Positions 1-6,086 of a stretch of 50,722 nt of DNA are shown here, in pieces. This stretch comes from Candidatus Moraniibacteriota bacterium. Lineage in GTDB: Bacteria > Patescibacteriota > Minisyncoccia > Moranbacterales > UBA2206. The stretch covers positions 76,739 through 127,460 of the forward strand of contig JAUSNP010000004.1 in assembly GCA_030645735.1 (NCBI GenBank), read 5' to 3'. How positions within the stretch are numbered: position 1 is the stretch's first letter; the number at the start of each line of letters is the position of its first letter. Made by a program: the position numbers and the translations under genes. The notes beneath the pieces are model-generated. The model was not told the origin of the DNA and did not search any database. It saw only the letters and a program-made list of their open reading frames with translations.

Positions 1-762
1 GATAGAGGAAAAAACCGCTCGCCCTGCCAAGGATGCCTTGATTGCATATTCAGCTGTTTCTGCATCACGAATTTCACCAATCATAACAACATCTGGATCC
101 TGTCTAAGAATCGACTTCATACCTACGGCAAATGTAAACCCCACTTCCGGACGTATTTGGCATTGTTGCATATTGTCAAAACCAAACTCCACAGGATCTT
201 CCAATGTAATTATCTTGCGATCATTATTGGTTCCTACATTATTGAGTATTGAATAGAGCGTGGTTGTTTTCCCAGAACCTACTGGACCTGTTGTTAAAAA
301 CATACCATAACTCCTCATCGCCATTCTCTTCAATTTATTGATATTCTCTTCGGACATGCCCAAATCACTTACAGACAAAAGCATTTCTGATTTATTAAGA
401 ATTCTCAATACAACATTTACACCCCTAGCTGTTGGAAAAAATGAGGATCTGACATCAAAAGATCTGGTCACATTATTATTGTCCATCGTTTCGTGAGAAA
501 AATGGCCTTCTTCTGGAACAACTATGCGCCCAGAATCAAGATTACATACAATCAGAAGTGAATTTACAATGTAATCATGATCTTCAATGGGAAAATCATA
601 AATATCCTGCAATATACCATCAATTCTAAATCTTATCTTACCGCCATTTCCTTCTCGTTCAATATGTATGTCTGAAGCGCCTGCCTGATCTGCCTCTTCA
701 ATAACTTTGAATATAAAACTGCTCGCCGAGAGATTGTCATCTTTAATTTCAATGTTTTTCAT
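1..762 (-). CDS. Type II/IV secretion ATPase, GspE/PilB family; N-terminal part only, as the gene continues past the window start
   Basis: Open minus-strand frame from ATG at 762-760 to the window edge, absent from the ORF track because it runs off the end. My translation begins MKNIEIKDDNLSASSFIFKVIEEADQAGASDIHIE..RFRIDGIL. It contains Walker A FLTTGPVGSGKTTTLYSILN (about nt 241-300). It has no long N-terminal T2SSE_N-type domain. Confidence 0.8.
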   Translation of the reverse strand, partial: MKNIEIKDDNLSASSFIFKVIEEADQAGASDIHIEREGNGGKIRFRIDGILQDIYDFPIEDHDYIVNSLLIVCNLDSGRIVVPEEGHFSHETMDNNNVTRSFDVRSSFFPTARGVNVVLRILNKSEMLLSVSDLGMSEENINKLKRMAMRSYGMFLTTGPVGSGKTTTLYSILNNVGTNNDRKIITLEDPVEFGFDNMQQCQIRPEVGFTFAVGMKSILRQDPDVVMIGEIRDAETAEYAIKASLAGRAVFSSI

Positions 763-920
763 TTTTTATTTTAGTTTTAATATCTAAAATGACCCACGCG
801 GAATCATCGCTAATTTATTACTTAAATTATAACATATTTTATAAAAAGAAACTACCCAAAAAAGTTATCCACATCTGCTTTAAATAGGCAGTTGTCCATA
901 TTTTTCCAAAACCTTCAGAT

Positions 921-949
921 TTGACATGGCACTTTTTTAAAAATAAACT
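921..949 (+). promoter_or_regulatory. Sigma70-like promoter candidate: TTGACA, 17-nt spacer, TAAACT
   Basis: TTGACA at 921-926, a 17-nt spacer, then TAAACT at 944-949. It lies in the divergent intergenic region upstream of comF. Confidence 0.3.
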
Positions 950-1035
950 GAAGGAGTCGAGTTTAAGTCAAAATATTCTACAAAATTCAACTAAACAGCT
1001 TCGCAAACAACCTTCTAGCACTAAACTAGTTATTT

Positions 1036-1797
1036 ATGTTAAAAATATTTACTAAAACAAAAATCTTCATCCTCGACACCCTTTTCCCCATCTCCTGCCT
1101 CTCCTGCAACAAAGATGATGCTTGGCTGTGTGAAAATTGTCTAGAAAACATCAACCTTTTATCTTTTCAAGTTTGTCCGAAATGCGAAGACACTGTCACT
1201 GAATATGGCCAATTGTGCCGAAATTGCAAAACAACTTCTGATTTGGATGCGCTAGTGGTGGCGCTGAAATATCAAGACAATCACATCGACAAGTTTGTAC
1301 ACCTCTACAAATATCGCTTCGTGGAAGATTTGCATATTCCTTTGGGCAAAATTATAGTCGAAGCTATTTTGAATTCGGGCTTGCCCATGCCTGACATCAT
1401 CATTCCCGTGCCACTCCACAAACGCCGCCTGCGCTGGCGTGGTTTCAACCAGTCCGAACTCTTGGCCAAGTATGTTAGCCAAAATCTGACACCGGGTTTT
1501 GAAATCCCAGTTTTTTCAAACCTACTCACTCGCCACAAATACACTCCACCCCAAATGAAAATTGGCAAATATGCCGACCGCCAGAAAAATATGCGCAATG
1601 CTTTCGCCTTCAATCACAAATCTGATAGTTTTCAACAACTAGAACAGCTAGAACATTCCAACAAATATAACGTTTTATTAGTTGATGACATCAGCACCAC
1701 CGGCTCCACCCTCTTTGAATGCGCCAAAGTCTTGAAACAAAACGGCGCCAAAAAAGTTTTTGGCGCTGTTATTGCAAGGCAAGATATGAAAAACTAA
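1036..1797 (+). CDS. comF: ComF-family protein (phosphoribosyltransferase domain, competence-associated)
   Basis: The N-terminus has four Cys pairs (CLSC, CENC, CPKC, CRNC), a double zinc ribbon. The C-terminus has the PRTase motif VLLVDDISTTGSTL. Confidence 0.8.
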   Translation: MLKIFTKTKIFILDTLFPISCLSCNKDDAWLCENCLENINLLSFQVCPKCEDTVTEYGQLCRNCKTTSDLDALVVALKYQDNHIDKFVHLYKYRFVEDLHIPLGKIIVEAILNSGLPMPDIIIPVPLHKRRLRWRGFNQSELLAKYVSQNLTPGFEIPVFSNLLTRHKYTPPQMKIGKYADRQKNMRNAFAFNHKSDSFQQLEQLEHSNKYNVLLVDDISTTGSTLFECAKVLKQNGAKKVFGAVIARQDMKN

Positions 1798-2216
1798 AAA
1801 ATGTTTCTAAATTCTTCGACCAACACTTTTGCATCAGCATCAGACATGAATCTTTTTTCATCTGAACTGTTACGAAAGATGTGTGTTTCGACGATGCCAT
1901 CGTCCGCATATCTGGGCATAATGTGAAAATGCATGTGCGGAACTGTTCGGCCTGACAGCTCCCCCTCGTTGAAACCATAATTAAAACCAGCGGGTTGTAA
2001 ATAGGTAGTGAGTTTTTCCGAAACCATTTTGACGGTCTGCATCAAGCTAGCCAATTCAGCCTCATTCAATTCTCGCACGCCTGCCACATGTCTTTTTGGC
2101 ACCACTAAACACTGCCCTTTGGTTCGCGGGCCAAGATTGTAGAAAACAAATTCATTTTCAGTTTCTGCGATCTTTTGTTTAGCAATGATTTCCGGGTTAC
2201 AAAATGGACAAGACAT
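1794..2216 (-). CDS. HIT-family (histidine triad) nucleotide hydrolase
   Basis: Histidine triad HMHFHIMP and 140 aa, typical of HIT proteins. Its stop overlaps the comF stop in a convergent arrangement. Confidence 0.85.
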   Translation of the reverse strand: MSCPFCNPEIIAKQKIAETENEFVFYNLGPRTKGQCLVVPKRHVAGVRELNEAELASLMQTVKMVSEKLTTYLQPAGFNYGFNEGELSGRTVPHMHFHIMPRYADDGIVETHIFRNSSDEKRFMSDADAKVLVEEFRNIF

Positions 2217-2249
2217 ATTTTTATACTAAAAAATTATTATTATGTCAGA

Positions 2250-3458
2250 CTAGGACATTTGGGAAACTTCCTCTAATGAAACCTCGTCTGTTCCTATTAT
2301 TTTATCATTACAACAAAATTTCATAACCACAAAAGCTATCAATAGCATCACCGAGCTAACTACAAATGGCAAGAAATTCTTAACCTCAAAAATTATTCCA
2401 GCAATTATCGGCCCGCCAATATTGGCCAACGCCGTGATGGAAGACATCACGCCACTGATCTCACCGCGTCGCTCAACGCCAGCTAGGCCAGCTACGCGAC
2501 TAGAAATAACAATGCGCAAAACCGAGCGCGACAGCAAGTTTATCAAAATTCCCACCGCAAACAAAAACAATGATTGCGTGGCTAGTAATATAAATCCAAT
2601 TGCATAAACAAGAAAGAGCCAGGTTTCTAAACTGGATTCTTGAAATTTTTTGAGCCAAAACTTTTTCAACAATACGGCCTGATTGATCACCATCAAAATT
2701 CCCATAATCGTGAACATAGTCCCCGTTGCCTGCGCATCAAAACCAAATACATCGTGCATATACAGCGCTATGACCGCCTGCATACCCGCAATGGCCAAGC
2801 CAAACAAAAACCAAGCCACAAATCGCGAATGCAAAATTTTCATTTTGAAAGCGCTGACCAACGGTTTGAAGGGATTGATGCTGATTTTTTTAGCTTTATT
2901 TTTATGCCGATTAGTTTCTGGCAAAAATATCCAAGCGCCAATTGCATTGAACGTGGCCAAAGCGCCCACCACATAGAATGGCAAGGTGTGCGAAAAAACA
3001 CTCAAGGCTGCACCAATAGCTGGGCCAACAATAAACCCCACACCGAAAACAGTTCCAATGAGTCCAAAATTGGCTGTGCGTTCTTTTTCATCTTTAGCAA
3101 TGTCTACCAAATAACTTTCCGCCACTGGCAAATTGCCCGCCGCCATACCATCAATGATGCGTCCCAAAAACAACACCCACACCGCATTGGCCGAAGCAAA
3201 AACCAACCAACCAAGAGCCGTACTGACAATACTCAAGATCAAAACTGGCCGTCGTCCAATCTTGTCGGAAAGCGCGCCCAACATTGGAGCACTGATAAAT
3301 GAAAACAAAGAAAAAACCGAAAACAACAATGTCAACACAAAAGTTGACACGCCGAAACTCTCTACATAATATGGCAGAATCGGAATCACAATTCCAATCC
3401 CCAACACATCAATAAAAACAGTTGTAGCAATAATGATTTTTTCTTTTTGCATTTTCAT
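2250..3458 (-). CDS. MFS transporter
   Basis: About 12 hydrophobic segments and MFS motif A GALSDKIGRRPVL between TM2 and TM3. Confidence 0.85.
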   Translation of the reverse strand: MKMQKEKIIIATTVFIDVLGIGIVIPILPYYVESFGVSTFVLTLLFSVFSLFSFISAPMLGALSDKIGRRPVLILSIVSTALGWLVFASANAVWVLFLGRIIDGMAAGNLPVAESYLVDIAKDEKERTANFGLIGTVFGVGFIVGPAIGAALSVFSHTLPFYVVGALATFNAIGAWIFLPETNRHKNKAKKISINPFKPLVSAFKMKILHSRFVAWFLFGLAIAGMQAVIALYMHDVFGFDAQATGTMFTIMGILMVINQAVLLKKFWLKKFQESSLETWLFLVYAIGFILLATQSLFLFAVGILINLLSRSVLRIVISSRVAGLAGVERRGEISGVMSSITALANIGGPIIAGIIFEVKNFLPFVVSSVMLLIAFVVMKFCCNDKIIGTDEVSLEEVSQMS

Positions 3459-3516
3459 ATTTTTATATTATACTCCCAAAACAAAAACAGCTCAAGAAGC
3501 TGTTTTTGCCTATTTT

Positions 3517-3604
3517 TGGAGGAGAGAGAGGGATTCGAACCCTCGGACCCTTACGAGTCAACACGTTAGCAGTGTGCCCCTTTCGGCCACTCAGGCATCT
3601 CTCC
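3517..3604 (-). tRNA. tRNA-Ser(GCU), with encoded CCA
   Basis: The reverse complement is GGAGAGATGCCTGAGTGGCCGAAAGGGGCACACTGCTAACGTGTTGACTCGTAAGGGTCCGAGGGTTCGAATCCCTCTCTCTCCTCCA. It has a 7-bp acceptor stem, anticodon loop CUGCUAA, a long variable arm and a T-loop TTCGAAT. Confidence 0.85.
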
Positions 3605-3667
3605 CTCGGCCGGATTATGCATATCCGAACGCTAATTTAGAATACCAGACCTACGGCATTTTATCAA

Positions 3668-3695
3668 GTAGAGACGCATTGCAATGCGTCTCTAC
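3668..3695. repeat. Perfect 28-nt palindrome of the GTAGAGACG/CGTCTCTAC hairpin family
   Basis: The sequence is gtagagacgcattg|caatgcgtctctac, followed by tgcattttt. The same 9-nt outer stem recurs at 17631, 34276 and 34829. Confidence 0.85.
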
Positions 3696-3708
3696 TGCAT
3701 TTTTCAGC

Positions 3709-3737
3709 TTGACTTCTAGCTTTCTTCGTGCTATCAT
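3709..3737 (+). promoter_or_regulatory. Sigma70-like promoter: TTGACT, 17-nt spacer, TATCAT
   Basis: TTGACT at 3709-3714, an exact 17-nt spacer, then TATCAT at 3732-3737. It lies about 120 nt upstream of the ATG at 3858. Confidence 0.5.
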
Positions 3738-3857
3738 CATTCTAGATGTGATTTCGAAATTAAGTTTTATTTATATAAAAACTTAGATAAGCTCGGAAAG
3801 TAGAGTCACCATAATATCCCGCTTAGCGGGGCTAGAAAGGCAGGTGACTACTACAAT

Positions 3858-4103
3858 ATGGCTTATCAAGATCAAGGAGCACGCCCACAAAGACAAATGT
3901 TTGATATTACTTCAATGAATATCGTATGTTCAGGATGTGGAGCTGCTATCAACGAACTACCATTCGAACCAACAAAAAAGGCTGACGGAACTTTCGGAGA
4001 CCTTTTCTGTTACGAATGTAACAAAAAAAGAAACGCTGACAAACCCCGAAGAGGTGGATTTGGCGGAGGCAACGGAGGATTCGGAGGAGGGAGAAGATTC
4101 TAA
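3858..4103 (+). CDS. Small zinc-ribbon protein with a Gly/Arg-rich (RGG-like) C-terminal tail
   Basis: 81 aa with CSGC..(25 aa)..CYEC and a tail PRRGGFGGGNGGFGGGRRF. It has its own promoter and a terminator hairpin directly downstream. Confidence 0.6.
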   Translation: MAYQDQGARPQRQMFDITSMNIVCSGCGAAINELPFEPTKKADGTFGDLFCYECNKKRNADKPRRGGFGGGNGGFGGGRRF

Positions 4104-4120
4104 CTTTGAATTTCGACAAC

Positions 4121-4153
4121 AAAAAACGACCCAAGAAATTGAGGTCGTTTTTT
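4121..4153. terminator. Rho-independent terminator hairpin (A-run, stem, T-run; could act in either direction)
   Basis: The sequence is aaaaaacgacc-caagaaattga-ggtcgtttttt. Confidence 0.65.
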
Positions 4154-4176
4154 GTTATGCAAAAGTTACTATAATG

Positions 4177-4249
4177 TGCGCTTAGGAGGAATCGAACCGC
4201 CGACCTTCTGGACCGCAACCAGACGCTCTATCCACTGAGCTATAAGCGC
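4177..4249 (-). tRNA. tRNA-Arg(GCG)
   Basis: The reverse complement is GCGCTTATAGCTCAGTGGATAGAGCGTCTGGTTGCGGTCCAGAAGGTCGGCGGTTCGATTCCTCCTAAGCGCA. The anticodon stem is TCTGG/CCAGA and the loop is TTGCGGT. The T-stem has one C:T mismatch. CCA is not encoded. Confidence 0.7.
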
Positions 4250-4263
4250 ATTGAATAAGCTTA

Positions 4264-4875
4264 CTATATTCTCAGAAATCTTTCAAGTGTGTCCACAAAA
4301 TTGTGACTTTGTTTCATTTCGTGCAGATTTATCAACAAGGCCTCACGGATTTTGACTGGATCTTGATCATGAATCGGAATGTGGATATAGGGCAGCATTC
4401 CGCCGTTCATATGCAAACTGATCACTTTCTGACCTTCCGGTTCATAGAAAATCCAGAAAGATTTGATGTTCTCATATTCAAAAATTTCACTACCCGCTAC
4501 CACGCCATCATGTGTCACCATAAAATCCAAAGTGCGCGGTGCTTTTTCAATATAAATGTAACCCACCACGCCAATCAAAACAAAGGTGATGGCCATAATC
4601 AAACTATTATCATAAATTGCATAACCAATAATGGCTACCAAAACCAAACCGATATAGGTCATCCATTTTTGATCTTGTTCATAAACCTCAAACTCCGGCG
4701 CCTGCCAATGCGCCAAAACATCCGCTGAATGTTCAGAAATCAATTTTTCATGCGCTTCTTCCGGCTCTGGCAAATCTTTCATTTCCGGATTGCCTTGCAG
4801 AAAAAGATTTTTCAAGCGATTGTCAACTTGATTTTCGCTATTTTTTCTAAATCCGTCTAGACTCATATTATTCAA
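4264..4875 (-). CDS. Hypothetical membrane protein (two central TM helices, possible PH-like C-terminal domain)
   Basis: 203 aa with a charged N-terminal stretch and two adjacent hydrophobic helices (YIGLVLVAIIGYAIY and MAITFVLIGVVGYIYI). No catalytic motif recognised. Confidence 0.55.
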   Translation of the reverse strand: MNNMSLDGFRKNSENQVDNRLKNLFLQGNPEMKDLPEPEEAHEKLISEHSADVLAHWQAPEFEVYEQDQKWMTYIGLVLVAIIGYAIYDNSLIMAITFVLIGVVGYIYIEKAPRTLDFMVTHDGVVAGSEIFEYENIKSFWIFYEPEGQKVISLHMNGGMLPYIHIPIHDQDPVKIREALLINLHEMKQSHNFVDTLERFLRI

Positions 4876-4967
4876 AGATTAAAAATATTTATTTCTTGAG
4901 TTTATAGTACCATATTTACAAACTTATTCATAGATGTTACTATAGTTTGGTAATTTAAAACCTGTTT

Positions 4968-5041
4968 GGAAGAGTGGCCGAGTCCTGCCTGCCGGCAGGC
5001 AGGGGTTGAAGGCGACAGTCGCTTGTTGCAAATTTAATATT
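4968..5041 (+). pseudogene. tRNA-Ser 5'-half remnant interrupted by a 20-nt palindrome
   Basis: GGAAGAGTGGCCGAGT[cctgcctgccggcaggcagg]GGTTGAAGGCGACAGTC matches the first ~40 nt of the adjacent tRNA-Ser(UGA). It has no matching anticodon-stem 3' strand, T-arm or acceptor 3' strand. Confidence 0.5.
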
Positions 5042-5128
5042 GGAAGAGTGCCCGAGTGGTTTAAGGGAACAGTCTTGAAAACTGTCGTGGGTTAAAGCTC
5101 ACCGAGAGTTCGAATCTCTCCTCTTCCT
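5042..5128 (+). tRNA. tRNA-Ser(UGA)
   Basis: The sequence is GGAAGAGTGCCCGAGTGGTTTAAGGGAACAGTCTTGAAAACTGTCGTGGGTTAAAGCTCACCGAGAGTTCGAATCTCTCCTCTTCCT. The anticodon stem is ACAGT/ACTGT and the loop is CTTGAAA. It has a long variable arm. Confidence 0.85.
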
Positions 5129-5133
5129 CAATG

Positions 5134-5164
5134 AAAAACAGCCCCATCATTAGGGGCTGTTTTT
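5134..5164. terminator. Bidirectional rho-independent terminator
   Basis: The sequence is aaaaacagcccc-atcatta-ggggctgttttt, lying between the tRNA-Ser gene and a convergent CDS. Confidence 0.7.
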
Positions 5165-5179
5165 ATATTCAAAAATTTT

Positions 5180-6004
5180 TTAGTATTTTTTATAATAATC
5201 TGCAAACAACTCCATCACCACCTGCGTATTTTTGCCAACCTTGCCATTCCCAACCTTTTTGCCATCAATCCGCACCACTGGCACGACATTTTTGTTGGCA
5301 CCGGTCAAGAAGACTTCGTCAGCCGCGCGGAATTCCTTTTCGGTCATTTCCCGCTCTTCAACTTTGAATTTTTTCTTGGCCAGTTTGACTACCAAATTTC
5401 TGGTGGTGCCCAACAGAACACCGTCTTTAGCCGTCACCAAAACATTGTTTTTGAAAATGAAAATGTTGCTCGTGGAATTTTCCAAAACTTTGCCCTCTTT
5501 GATATAGGTGATTTCCAAATCATCTTTGCGTTTCTTGATGTGCTGATTGCGAATCGCTTCTAAATAATTAGTAGTTTTGACTCTCGGCAGATGTCGTCCA
5601 AATTCCAAAGTCACCACGCCCACGCCATTTTCATAACAAACTTTGGGCAAAGCCACAAATTTTTCAATCAAAATGTAACACGTCGGTTTGCCTGGCAAAA
5701 AAGCATTGGCACTCACCCCACCGGTCAGCACGGTGCGGATGGTGGATTTGGCAAAACCATTGGCTTTCAGCAACTTTTTCAAAATTTCGGCAAATTCATT
5801 TTTGGAAAATGGCATGGGCAATTTCAACTCTTGCGCAAACTTTTTCAAACGCGCAAAGTGCTCATCAAACAAAAATGGTTTGCCGTTGCTAGTACACATC
5901 ACATCAAACACGCCATAGCCCCGCAAAGTCCCAATGTCATAGGGATTGGTTTTGATTTGATCAGGCTTACAAATTTTTCCATTGAAATACGCTAATTTAG
6001 CCAT
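5180..6004 (-). CDS. Class IV aminotransferase (branched-chain or D-amino-acid aminotransferase family)
   Basis: 274 aa. The family-typical C-terminal segment is EVFLTGANKNVVPVVRIDGKKVGNGKVG, and size and layout fit fold-type IV PLP enzymes. Confidence 0.75.
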   Translation of the reverse strand: MAKLAYFNGKICKPDQIKTNPYDIGTLRGYGVFDVMCTSNGKPFLFDEHFARLKKFAQELKLPMPFSKNEFAEILKKLLKANGFAKSTIRTVLTGGVSANAFLPGKPTCYILIEKFVALPKVCYENGVGVVTLEFGRHLPRVKTTNYLEAIRNQHIKKRKDDLEITYIKEGKVLENSTSNIFIFKNNVLVTAKDGVLLGTTRNLVVKLAKKKFKVEEREMTEKEFRAADEVFLTGANKNVVPVVRIDGKKVGNGKVGKNTQVVMELFADYYKKY

Positions 6005-6086
6005 ATAAATTCTATTAATACTTAGCTTCCATATTATATACCAGCTGCAACTAGATACAAAATACCAAATACTATATACTCAAGAT

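Noticed and set aside
2640-3302. A 220-aa plus-strand ORF, together with 2422-2607, 2683-2976 and 3133-3369, lying inside the MFS transporter gene
   Set aside because: These are antisense shadow ORFs of a well-supported minus-strand CDS. Their products are low-complexity and carry no motifs. The same reasoning applies to other antisense ORFs in the track, for example 1252-1613, 5232-5995, 6360-7058, 7352-8361, 13014-13466, 25760-26648, 31430-33894, 36570-38331, 42049-43433 and 49488-49940.
3433-3786. A 117-aa ORF, together with ORFs 16679-16897 and 16803-16997
   Set aside because: They run through tRNA genes (Ser at 3517-3604; His and Arg at 16683-16848) and through hairpin repeats. They are artefacts of open frames across structured RNA genes.
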